Position numbers and translations under genes: made by a program. The notes beneath the pieces were generated by a model. It had not been told where the DNA came from, did no database searches, and saw nothing but the letters and a program-made list of their open reading frames with translations. From the IMG/VR virus record IMGVR_UViG_3300042940_001591: a stretch of 64,000 nt of DNA; one strand, given 5' to 3'. The stretch's first letter is position 1, and every line of letters begins with the position of its first letter. Source of the DNA: a virus. Lineage: Duplodnaviria > Caudoviricetes. Shown piece after piece: positions 20,764 through 30,473 of this stretch.

Positions 20764-23481
20764 TTATAAACATGTATAATTTTGTAATCCAACTTCACCA
20801 GTTGTTTTATTATAATCATATCCAGATTTACCTCCAAATAAACCATGTACAAAATAATTTAAATTGAATGGTAATGTACCGGCAGCATCTTGGAAAACAT
20901 AACTTGGTGGTGAAAATAAAGTAGGTCCTGGTACGTAATAGAAACTAATTGGATACCCTCCACACATATTATTATTATCTTTAACATTACTAAAATATCC
21001 AACCATATAATATTCAGCTGAGGTATCATTGTAATATATATCGGCAGGTGTTACCGTTCCTGAACATGAATCACCTTGTGAAATTGAAACTCCTTGTCCA
21101 TATCCGCTATCTTTTATTCCACAAGTTGTGAATATTTCACCAGCGGTTAATATTCTAGTTCTCCAAGCTCCAACACAACTAACCCACCCAATTGTGGTTT
21201 CTATCTCACTATTAGAAACAAATGTTATTTCTAAACAATCGTCAGTTCCGGCATTACATGAATAACCACTATATAACTCAGTGAATGACGCCAAATCGAC
21301 ATATGGTGTACCGCCGGTCAATGATTCATAAACGTAACAATCATCTATTCTGTGCATTCCCGTTGATGATATAAACTTATAAACGGTATCAGTATTAGTA
21401 TCGTATTTTATATAACCAGGATCTGTTACATTTATTTGAGTTCCGGTAATGTATGTTTTAGTAACTAAATTACTACCACAATCTAATGTACTTGGACATT
21501 CAATTTTTATTGTTAATGTATAAGGTATAAAGATGTTTTCATATGCTGTTGAATACACAACCACATCCATTGTTGTTTTTTCTTTTGTACTATAAAAACC
21601 AACAACATCTTCTTGGTAAACAACTTGTCCGAGTGTTGATGAGTATGCTTCACCTATTTTTTCATCATAATTACCCACAAATACTTCATCCGATGAATTC
21701 AATGAGGTATATGATACAGTTACAGGTACGTTACCATAAGTTTGACCAATGTCAAATTTAGTGTTTATGTATGTATAACCTGGTGATGATATAGTAAATT
21801 GATATTCCGTATTACTACATGAAACACTTTTAAATATATTACTTAAAGTTGCACAATCTCCATCTCTTTCTACTAATCTTGAATTATTTTGTGGTGATGC
21901 ACATTCTTCACCATTTTGTATACAAACATATGCTTCTGTTGAACAGTTGTCCGTACAAATATAATCTACATATGTACCTGGATTTGAGAACGTTAGGTAA
22001 TCCATATCTCCGGTAGTTGTTCCGCATGGATAATAATAAACATATACTTTACCGTCAGTACTTAAATTAATATCTCCTTGTGTGATAACGATATCATATG
22101 AAGTACATCCAGCACAATCTCTTGGTGTACTTGTTGGTGTAGGTGTAAGAGTTTTGGTTGGTGTTGGTGTTATAGTTGGTGTTGGTGTTATAGTTGGTGT
22201 TGGTGTTATAGTTGGTGTTGGTGTTGGTGTTGGTATAATTGTTCCACAATCAAGATATTCAGTCTTAACACAACGATAGTTACTCGGATTGGACGTATCT
22301 AATAGGTAACCAGTAGGGCAAGAGTAATTAGAACAGAATCCTTGACCTGCCTTAGAACCTCCAGGTAAGTAATCTCCTGTTGAGAATACTCTTGTTATCA
22401 TGGAAGTACTTGTGGCATTTGATAATTCTGATAATGTATTGTTGTAAATTTCCGCAGAAAATGAACCTACACTACTTCTATTCCAGTTTTCTAATTCAAT
22501 AATATTATCTCCAGCATTTAATTGGTAAGGGTATACGTGCCAAAACTTAAAGTTAGATTGTGGTGAATTATCCGCTTGGTCAACTATTGTTGTCCCATTA
22601 ATTTTTATTGTAACATCATTATCACCAGCAATACCGATATAATAAGTTTTTGTTTCTGTTAATGTAATTGTGGTACAAAAACTAACCATCCCCATATATG
22701 TTGGATTACCACTAACCCAAACATTATTATCATTCATTCTTGTAGACCAAAAAGTTTCTACTGTAGTTGTTGATGAACCGTCGTAAAGGGCAGTATTACC
22801 TTCAAAACCATACGTTCCACTTATTGAGTTACCCGTACCATTAAAATCATTTAAATTATAAATTCTAACTCCCCATTGACCGTAGTTTACGTTATCATCA
22901 CCAGCCGCAGGTGTGTCATATGTGTTTAAAGTTGGGTTAGTTGTAACCACTTTATAACATCCAGAATGGTCTGGTTTCATAGTATAACCTTCAGGACAAA
23001 TACATGGTGTTGGCGTTGGTGTAAGAGTTCTAGTTGGTGTTGGTGTAGTAGTTTTGGTTGGTGTTATAGTAGGTGTAACCGTTGGTGTAACTGTATTCGT
23101 AGGTGTTAATGTAATAGTTGGTGTAACTGTCGGTGTTACGGTATTTGTTGGTGTTAAAGTAATAGTTGGTGTAACCGTATTGGTAGGTGTAATACTTGGT
23201 GTAACTGTCACCGTTGGGGTAGGTGTTGGAGTTAATGGCGCTAAAGTAATATCTAACGTATTTTCACAAATAAAATCTATATTTTTAACAATAATTTTAG
23301 TTGTTTCTAATGGTACAGAAACTAAAACTCCATCATAAAAAGTTAATTGACTTAATGTTAAACCAGTGGCTGGACTATTTTCATAGTACAGAGTCGCCAA
23401 TGTAGACAAATCATCATAGTAGATGTTGTAAGGTCCATTTGCGGAGTTCCCCTGAAGTTTAACATATATATACCTTACCAT
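20764..23481 (-). CDS. modular adhesin-like protein with Thr-Pro linkers, PA14-like beta-sandwich and Cys-rich modules
   Basis: 905 aa; two TP tracts; CPEGY...YYIGIAGDNDVTIKING...YQLNAGDNIIELENWN...CPTGY. Confidence 0.7.
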   Translation of the reverse strand: MVRYIYVKLQGNSANGPYNIYYDDLSTLATLYYENSPATGLTLSQLTFYDGVLVSVPLETTKIIVKNIDFICENTLDITLAPLTPTPTPTVTVTPSITPTNTVTPTITLTPTNTVTPTVTPTITLTPTNTVTPTVTPTITPTKTTTPTPTRTLTPTPTPCICPEGYTMKPDHSGCYKVVTTNPTLNTYDTPAAGDDNVNYGQWGVRIYNLNDFNGTGNSISGTYGFEGNTALYDGSSTTTVETFWSTRMNDNNVWVSGNPTYMGMVSFCTTITLTETKTYYIGIAGDNDVTIKINGTTIVDQADNSPQSNFKFWHVYPYQLNAGDNIIELENWNRSSVGSFSAEIYNNTLSELSNATSTSMITRVFSTGDYLPGGSKAGQGFCSNYSCPTGYLLDTSNPSNYRCVKTEYLDCGTIIPTPTPTPTITPTPTITPTPTITPTPTKTLTPTPTSTPRDCAGCTSYDIVITQGDINLSTDGKVYVYYYPCGTTTGDMDYLTFSNPGTYVDYICTDNCSTEAYVCIQNGEECASPQNNSRLVERDGDCATLSNIFKSVSCSNTEYQFTISSPGYTYINTKFDIGQTYGNVPVTVSYTSLNSSDEVFVGNYDEKIGEAYSSTLGQVVYQEDVVGFYSTKEKTTMDVVVYSTAYENIFIPYTLTIKIECPSTLDCGSNLVTKTYITGTQINVTDPGYIKYDTNTDTVYKFISSTGMHRIDDCYVYESLTGGTPYVDLASFTELYSGYSCNAGTDDCLEITFVSNSEIETTIGWVSCVGAWRTRILTAGEIFTTCGIKDSGYGQGVSISQGDSCSGTVTPADIYYNDTSAEYYMVGYFSNVKDNNNMCGGYPISFYYVPGPTLFSPPSYVFQDAAGTLPFNLNYFVHGLFGGKSGYDYNKTTGEVGLQNYTCL

Positions 23482-23512
23482 TATTTGTTTATATTAAATA
23501 TTTTTTTTAACA

Positions 23513-26500
23513 TTATCCACACGTTATTTTATTTATTACTAAATCATATGTTAAGAAACCTGTTGATGTTTTAGTTATTAGTTCACCGCTAACCCATTTA
23601 CCATCTAATCCCATAAATTTATAACAATTACCCACGGTTAACGTTTGTACCGACCTTAATTGTACTCCTTTCAAATATTGTCTATCTGACCTAATATCTG
23701 TAGGGTTTTTGATACTTCTAAATCTGTTATCAATGCTTGATTTTAAGAAAGCAGAATCACAAGCTCCAACTTCTATAGATTCGACAATACCTATTGAATT
23801 GACGTTGTATTTGTTTCCGTTAGGTAATAAATAACTACCTGCTCTGTAAACATTTATGTAACCACCTCTTGGTCCTTGTTGATATAATTGTGAACCTACA
23901 ACTAAAGGTGCTCCACTAGGAATAGATGTTTGTCCGATATTATATTTTAAGAATATAAGTTCATTAGTATGGTTACAAATTTCTTGTCCTGTTGGTGCAT
24001 ATAAGAATGGTGATGTTGCTTCAGTACCTATTGATTGATTACCCATCCAAATAATATTATTACTTCCTCCATGACAAGCTCCCGTATAACTAATACCATA
24101 TTGCCCCGATGATGCCACAATAGGTGTTGCAAAACTTACATCATTATCATAATTGAGATGAGTAGATAAAGTAGAACCATTGAACGCATATAACGTGAAA
24201 TTAGTTGGTCCGTTATAGAATCGTATCATATCTGACCATCCATCGTAATATCCAAAATATAATTCTTTTAATTGTGGATCATAATCACAACACATAGTAG
24301 TTACTTCAATTGTTGTTGGTTCAACACATCCACTAAATATTTGTGTTGTTGTTGGTGTTGGCGTTGGTGTTAGTGTTAATTCCAATCCAGCTGTTGGTGT
24401 AACCGTACTGGTTACAGTCGGTGTATTTGTATTAGTTGGTGTAACCGTAGGTGTTGGGGACGGTGTAATAGTTTGGGTTGGTGTATTTGATGGTGGTGGT
24501 ACCGTACAATCTGAACATGTTGAGTATTCTCCAACAATAACTCCAGAACTTTCTGGTGACATTGACGTTATTCCAATAATTGTGTAACAATTTCCATTAC
24601 TACTTCTTACAATTTGACCATAAGCAGGTCCAAAATTATTAGGTCCATTATATCTTATTACACCTGTATAAACTGATTCGTCTTCAGGAGTATATTGGTC
24701 ATCACATCTTTGTACATCATAATATGTTATTGATGGTACCAAAATTTCTGTAATATCACAATCAAATCCACAGTTTGGTGTAGATGACGGTGTAATTGTA
24801 GGTGTCGGTGTTATAGTCGCTGTTAGTGTAACAGTCGGTGTAGGTGTTGCCGTATTGGTGGGTGTTGCTGTTTGCGTTGGTGTAACAGTTTGTGTTGGGG
24901 TTGGGCAAGTAGTGACTGATGAAATATATGCATTTCCCGATACTCCAAATTCACTAATTTCTAAGATATTTGATAATCCTCCTCCCGATAAATAAAATAC
25001 GGTTGCGCTTGATGATAATGTAATTTGAATATCTTCAATTGTCCATTTTTCAGAACCATCAGGTCCTTTATATAAAAACTCTCCAGCTTCCATTGGTTGG
25101 TCCGCATCATAAATTAATATGTTGCTAGAATAACATTCAAAACAAGATGCATTTAACGAATCTTTAATACAATAACCACTACTATCTAATGGGTTAGTTG
25201 GTGTAGGTGTAACCGTTGGCGTTTGTGTAGGTGTCTCCGTTGGCGTTTCAGTCACCGTTGGTGTAACAGTATTTGTAGGTGTTACAGTATTCGTAGGTGT
25301 AACAGTATTTGTAGGTGTTACAGTATTCGTAGGTGTCTGAGTTGGAGTCTCCGTAGGTGTTTGCGTTGGTGTAACAGTATTTGTAGGCGTTTGCGTAGGA
25401 GTCTCTGTTGGCGTTTGCGTAGGAGTTTCTGTTGGTGTATTCGTTGGCGTTTGCGTAGGAGTTTCTGTTGGTGTAACAGTATTCGTAGGTGTCTGAGTTG
25501 GTGTCTCCGTAGGTGTTTGCGTTGGGGTTTCTGTTGGTGTTTGTGTTACGGTATTTGTAGGCGTTTGGGTAGGTGTCTCTGTCACCGTTGGTGTAACAGT
25601 ATTTGTTGGTGTATTGGTAGGAGTCTCTGTTGGCGTTTGCGTAGGAGTTTCTGTTGGTGTAACAGTATTCGTAGGTGTCTGAGTTGGTGTTTGCGTAGGA
25701 GTCTCTGTTGGCGTTTGCGTAGGAGTTTCTGTTGGTGTAACAGTATTGGTAGGTGTTTGCGTAGGAGTTTCTGTTGGCGTTGGTGTAACAGTATTTGTAG
25801 GTGTAACCGTTGGCGTTACTGTTGATGTTGGTGTTGGTGTTGGCACGTATTCAATAAATGCCTCTACTAAATAATTGTCTCCCGAAAATATACTTTGTGT
25901 AATTTCTAACGAATTACTATTATCAACAACAACAGATTGATCATAAATAACTGTGTTTGTTACAACATCAGTTATTTTAATTCTGTGTCTCCAATAAAAT
26001 TCACCAGTTGTAACCCACTGTGCTAAAAATATTCCTCCATCTCCACCATTAACATATGGTAGTAAATCGTAATTTGCCTCAAATTGAAGATGTGGTGTTG
26101 TTGTTGAAGGTAATGATGATGAGTTCGGATCCCAAATTTTAAATATATCTCCATTTCCGGTTATTAATCTTAATGTGAATGTACTATTATCATCAGGACT
26201 ATCTACTTCGTCATATATTTTAAGAGTAATATTTGAACTTTCCGGTGTTGGTGACGGTGATAATGTTGGCGTTACACTTGGTGTAACAGTGGTTGTTGGT
26301 GTAACTGTAGGTGTAGCAGTTGGTGTAACTGTATTGGTAGGTGTAACTGTAGGTGTAGCAGTTGGTGTTTTGGTTTGTGTTACGCTTGGTGTTATAGTTG
26401 GTGTAACTGATGCTGTTGGGGTTGGCGATGGGGATATTGAAACTGTTGGTGTTACGGTTGGTGTCATCGACATTGTTGGTGTAGGTGTTAAATTTTGAGC

Positions 26501-27121
26501 ACATTCCACCGTAACAGCTTTGATTACTTCTTGAGTAAACCAAGGTTCATTAAGACTTATTTTAATATCTTTATTGCCGTTTGTTGAATATGCCTTTACT
26601 GCGGTGCCATTAACACTAATCGGTGTTGTACTATTATCCCCCCAATGTATTGTAAATTGCAATTCGTCGAATAATCTCGTAGAATTTGCGTTTGTAGTTC
26701 CTGTTATGGAAACAACATTACAATCAACTGAATAGTTGAAATTAATGGATACGGACTGACTTTCATTTCCGATGTTTTTATCAAATCCAACCATTGAACC
26801 ATATTCATCAACTTTAGAATCTAAGAATAATGGTATTTGGTAGTTGTCATAAATTTGTGTTTTAATATATGACTCCGTACCTGTGATTGCATTCCAAGTG
26901 TTTGGTGTTGGTGTTCCCCATCTATAGTAACCAGATGCAACTGTTCCTCCGCTTACATTATAAATTGTGTCTCCAGTTGATGGTCCTACATAAGCATTAC
27001 CTGTATTTCCGGTCCAAGACATAAGTTCTTCGTTAGAGTCATACCAAAAACGACCGGTTAATGAAACCAGTTTTGTTTGTGGTATGTTTTTTCTCTTAAT
27101 AGAATGCCTTATTCTTTTCAT
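23513..27121 (-). CDS. putative virion protein: N-terminal anchor with PKD-like segment, long Thr-Pro repeats, variable modules
   Basis: 1202 aa; FTIHWGDNST...KAYSTNGNKDIKISL PKD-like motif; four TP tracts. Confidence 0.75.
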   Translation of the reverse strand: MKRIRHSIKRKNIPQTKLVSLTGRFWYDSNEELMSWTGNTGNAYVGPSTGDTIYNVSGGTVASGYYRWGTPTPNTWNAITGTESYIKTQIYDNYQIPLFLDSKVDEYGSMVGFDKNIGNESQSVSINFNYSVDCNVVSITGTTNANSTRLFDELQFTIHWGDNSTTPISVNGTAVKAYSTNGNKDIKISLNEPWFTQEVIKAVTVECAQNLTPTPTMSMTPTVTPTVSISPSPTPTASVTPTITPSVTQTKTPTATPTVTPTNTVTPTATPTVTPTTTVTPSVTPTLSPSPTPESSNITLKIYDEVDSPDDNSTFTLRLITGNGDIFKIWDPNSSSLPSTTTPHLQFEANYDLLPYVNGGDGGIFLAQWVTTGEFYWRHRIKITDVVTNTVIYDQSVVVDNSNSLEITQSIFSGDNYLVEAFIEYVPTPTPTSTVTPTVTPTNTVTPTPTETPTQTPTNTVTPTETPTQTPTETPTQTPTQTPTNTVTPTETPTQTPTETPTNTPTNTVTPTVTETPTQTPTNTVTQTPTETPTQTPTETPTQTPTNTVTPTETPTQTPTNTPTETPTQTPTETPTQTPTNTVTPTQTPTETPTQTPTNTVTPTNTVTPTNTVTPTNTVTPTVTETPTETPTQTPTVTPTPTNPLDSSGYCIKDSLNASCFECYSSNILIYDADQPMEAGEFLYKGPDGSEKWTIEDIQITLSSSATVFYLSGGGLSNILEISEFGVSGNAYISSVTTCPTPTQTVTPTQTATPTNTATPTPTVTLTATITPTPTITPSSTPNCGFDCDITEILVPSITYYDVQRCDDQYTPEDESVYTGVIRYNGPNNFGPAYGQIVRSSNGNCYTIIGITSMSPESSGVIVGEYSTCSDCTVPPPSNTPTQTITPSPTPTVTPTNTNTPTVTSTVTPTAGLELTLTPTPTPTTTQIFSGCVEPTTIEVTTMCCDYDPQLKELYFGYYDGWSDMIRFYNGPTNFTLYAFNGSTLSTHLNYDNDVSFATPIVASSGQYGISYTGACHGGSNNIIWMGNQSIGTEATSPFLYAPTGQEICNHTNELIFLKYNIGQTSIPSGAPLVVGSQLYQQGPRGGYINVYRAGSYLLPNGNKYNVNSIGIVESIEVGACDSAFLKSSIDNRFRSIKNPTDIRSDRQYLKGVQLRSVQTLTVGNCYKFMGLDGKWVSGELITKTSTGFLTYDLVINKITCG
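25195..25845 (-). repeat. about 650-bp coding tandem repeat (TPTE/TPTQ/TPTN/VTPTNT units)
   Basis: 12- and 18-bp sub-units such as GTTGGCGTTTGCGTAGGAGT and GGTGTAACAGTATTCGTA repeated many times. Confidence 0.95.
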
Positions 27122-27141
27122 TTATTATAATTAGTTAATTA

Positions 27142-28689
27142 TTAGGAACAACTTGACCATTCGCTTATTGTTCCTACCTCTGAAATAGTTGCTATATATG
27201 ATATTTTAGATTTTCCTGGTAATAAAATTGCATATAATTTACCATTTCCATTAAATGTTTGTCCTCCCGTATTTGAGTCCCATAGTGTATATGTTGTTGG
27301 TGGTGTAATAGATGTCTCATTAACATATAAAGGTCCATATTGTGTATAACCAGCGCCCTGTAAAACATGTGGATATTGATTACAATATTGTTGTAGTTGT
27401 GTTGAGGTTGGGTAACCGCTATTTAATGTATATGCAAATATTTTTTGTGTTCTAATAACTGGAGGTGCAACATAATCACAATTATAAAGTTGTATTTCTT
27501 CTCCGTTAATTATTGTTTTTGCCTTTGTTACCGTATATAACGTGTTACTAGGTTCACCTAAAGAGGCTGATTGTGATCCAACAATAACATAAAAATATCC
27601 TGATGACCCCTCAACTCTTTCTCCACTATTAAATGCAGTTGATAAAACGCTAATTGACCAAACATCGTAATTACCGTCCAAATATCCGGCACTGTTTTGG
27701 AATTCACATGGTCTAAGTTTAAAATAGGAATTAGTAGATTCGGTCCCACTCACTGGCGTTGCAGAAGGTGTTGGAGTTGGGGATGGAGATAATGCAATTC
27801 CTATCGTTGGTGTTGGTGTTGGGGTTAAAGTCATTGTTGGTGTTGGTGATGACGGTGGTGTAATCGTTCCTCCTCCACTTTCATAAAATTTAATAGGTGT
27901 TGCTGTTGTTCCTACTTGAGCACCTTTCGTTCCGTTAAATTTATATATCTTATATGAATAATCTCTTTTATCTATATCAACTTGAAAATACATATCCTCA
28001 TTCTCTTTAATTTCACGAGATGTTGCATATACGTCATTATAAAAATCCGTTATTAAACCATCTTTAGCATTAAAGAATTTAGCAGTCATAAAAAAAGTAT
28101 TACCTGTAGTGGTACCACTTAAATTAGTTTCATCTAAAACACTCTCATCTTGAAACCAAAAAAGATACATGTTTTCCTTGTTTGTATAATTTGAACCGTG
28201 GAAAACAGGTACGTGTATATTTTCTTGTAATGGTGTATAAAAATATTTTTCACCTAACGGTAATGTTAAATTTTTTGTGAATATTAATTTTCTATTTTGT
28301 CTTGTCGGTGCAGTATAACCTGTTACATTACCATTAACATCTAATAAATTTGGTGTTTTATAAAACTCTAATCTAAAGAAACTCTCTGTTGATTGTCTCA
28401 ACATTTTAGCATTTTCCTTGGGTTCTATACCAACTAAACTATAATCTAATCCCTTACTATAATTTCCATTATTAGAAAAATAAAAATAGAACCATATATC
28501 AGATTCACTAATACCATCTGGTTTATGAATATATCTAACAGTTTCATAATTGTCAATTGGGTTAATGATGTCATTCAACACTTCATCTTCAAATTGTTCC
28601 ATGTTTTCTTGCCATCCCAAATTCATTTGGAAGTCAAGTTCGTGGTTCAATACAAGATTTAAATCAGTGTTTTGTCTTAATATTTTCAT
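27142..28689 (-). CDS. putative virion protein with Thr-Pro linker and two C-terminal Cys-containing modules
   Basis: ATG 28689 overlaps the upstream TAA; about 515 aa; C-terminal modules homologous to those in 6896..10834. Confidence 0.7.
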   Translation of the reverse strand: MKILRQNTDLNLVLNHELDFQMNLGWQENMEQFEDEVLNDIINPIDNYETVRYIHKPDGISESDIWFYFYFSNNGNYSKGLDYSLVGIEPKENAKMLRQSTESFFRLEFYKTPNLLDVNGNVTGYTAPTRQNRKLIFTKNLTLPLGEKYFYTPLQENIHVPVFHGSNYTNKENMYLFWFQDESVLDETNLSGTTTGNTFFMTAKFFNAKDGLITDFYNDVYATSREIKENEDMYFQVDIDKRDYSYKIYKFNGTKGAQVGTTATPIKFYESGGGTITPPSSPTPTMTLTPTPTPTIGIALSPSPTPTPSATPVSGTESTNSYFKLRPCEFQNSAGYLDGNYDVWSISVLSTAFNSGERVEGSSGYFYVIVGSQSASLGEPSNTLYTVTKAKTIINGEEIQLYNCDYVAPPVIRTQKIFAYTLNSGYPTSTQLQQYCNQYPHVLQGAGYTQYGPLYVNETSITPPTTYTLWDSNTGGQTFNGNGKLYAILLPGKSKISYIATISEVGTISEWSSCS

Positions 28690-30473
28690 TAACAATCAGT
28701 TATTTTTTTATTTTTGAATTTTGAAATTCCGTCTTGTTTATTTGTGTGGAATCTCTCATTTCTTAAATAGAAGTTTATGTCATTTTTTACATAATGAATA
28801 CCGTTTGTAAATGGAAACTTTGTACCATATCCATCAATATCGACATATCCATGGTCATATAAATCTCTCCATCTCCATACACCTTCGGCAGAATCGTACT
28901 TGGCGTTTTCAGGTAAATTAAAAATGTCTTTAGTTTTAGCACTTTCAGTATATGGTGATAATTCTCTTAATTTAACTCTGTGATGTGGTTGGTAGTATAA
29001 TCCAAACATATTTGTTGCAGAAGAACCTGCAAAAATTGTACTTCCAGTTTGCCCATAATCAAAAATTGTTGTTGGGTTTGTTAATTTTTGAAAGGATTCA
29101 CAGATAATTCTTTCTTTTAATTCTTTTCTATTATATTCAACAAATGCACCATTTAATACTGTTCCTTTTGTTAATTCATTTCCACTTGTAAATGTTATAC
29201 CTTGTCTAATAAAAGGTGTTCCCGTACCCATTGAACTTTCGTTAGACGTTGTACCATTAAAATGGTCATCAATCCAAGTGTCGTGGAAATTAAACTTGTG
29301 TCCTACTTTTGGTGGATAACTAAAATATCCATTTCCATTTCTAAATAAAGTGGTTACATAAACTTCTGTTGGTGTATATCCTAAATTGTTTGTTAATCCA
29401 GTTAAAACAAAAGGTTCTTTGAAATCATATAGAACAGATTCCATTCTATTTCTTTCAACAATTGTGTCATTTGCACCAACCGCATTTTCAAATAATATTT
29501 TTTTCTCCTCTTCCCATATCGGTGATTCGAATCCAATATTATCCATTATGTAATCACCAGTTGTTGTAAGTAACTTATGTTTATGTACATAATATTGTGA
29601 TGTTGACCCCGTTGTATTATTTTTATCAATACATCTTTTACCGATAACTAATGTCGGTATTGTTGTGGCGGTCTTAAGTTCTTTTTTCAATATGTTAATT
29701 ACATATTTTTCAGAATTATATGTTTCATTACCAACACTGTCAATATAATATGTTCTTCCTGAAACTTCTCCTGTTATTGTTGTACCTGAAAATGTTACGA
29801 ATTCACCAGAAGCCATTCCGTGTTCTACAGGTGCGGTAAATTCATAATATGAATTAAAAGTATTTGATAATCTAAATGGTATTCCGTCACCACTTTTAAA
29901 TGATATTTTAGTTCCACCAGTTAAGGTGTATGTCATTTGATAATTTGTATCACCAGAATAAACATAACTCAAATAGAGATTCCAATTATGATATGGCGCT
30001 GTAATAGGTGTAATTGTTGTGTGATCGGTTGATCCTGTGAGTACTAACACCGAATCGAGATTTTCAGGGTAATATCCTAAAGTGTCTCCACTAATCGAAC
30101 TTGATGGCATTATTTTTCTTCTTAAATCTCGTCTTAAAAATGCAAATTCATCATATGGTAAAAAACCCCCTAATGTTGGGTTATCCAAACCATCTCCCCT
30201 TCCATTTAAATAAACTCTCTCTTGTAAATAATCATATGAAGTATCTCCACTATACATGTTACGAAAAACCATTTTAAGTTTTCCATAAATTTTATATTTG
30301 TTACTTTGATTTCTTTCTTTATCATATAGTTTATCAATATCTAAAATAATATCCTTATCCCCAATTCTTAATAAAGTTTGTGAGGTCTCTAAACCTATGT
30401 TTAAATTTAAATCTTGTTCTTCCGCCTTTTTGTACCTTTTACTAGGTAATAATATTTCTTTTTTATTTTCCAT
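28689..30473 (-). CDS. putative virion structural protein
   Basis: 594-aa ORF TAATG-coupled on both sides within the structural operon. Confidence 0.65.
   Translation of the reverse strand: MENKKEILLPSKRYKKAEEQDLNLNIGLETSQTLLRIGDKDIILDIDKLYDKERNQSNKYKIYGKLKMVFRNMYSGDTSYDYLQERVYLNGRGDGLDNPTLGGFLPYDEFAFLRRDLRRKIMPSSSISGDTLGYYPENLDSVLVLTGSTDHTTITPITAPYHNWNLYLSYVYSGDTNYQMTYTLTGGTKISFKSGDGIPFRLSNTFNSYYEFTAPVEHGMASGEFVTFSGTTITGEVSGRTYYIDSVGNETYNSEKYVINILKKELKTATTIPTLVIGKRCIDKNNTTGSTSQYYVHKHKLLTTTGDYIMDNIGFESPIWEEEKKILFENAVGANDTIVERNRMESVLYDFKEPFVLTGLTNNLGYTPTEVYVTTLFRNGNGYFSYPPKVGHKFNFHDTWIDDHFNGTTSNESSMGTGTPFIRQGITFTSGNELTKGTVLNGAFVEYNRKELKERIICESFQKLTNPTTIFDYGQTGSTIFAGSSATNMFGLYYQPHHRVKLRELSPYTESAKTKDIFNLPENAKYDSAEGVWRWRDLYDHGYVDIDGYGTKFPFTNGIHYVKNDINFYLRNERFHTNKQDGISKFKNKKITDC

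Noticed and set aside
23513-23521. Perfect DnaA box TTATCCACA (another at 37546-37554)
   Set aside because: Isolated single copies within or at the end of coding sequence; expected by chance in AT-rich DNA.
25195-25845. Regular repeats resembling a CRISPR array
   Set aside because: In-frame Thr-Pro coding repeats without unique spacers; no cas genes; the same applies to the other TP tracts.
7555-27460. Diversity-generating retroelement template/variable repeat pair (shared YVNETSIT modules)
   Set aside because: The copies differ at all base types with indels, both are coding, and no reverse transcriptase is in the window.
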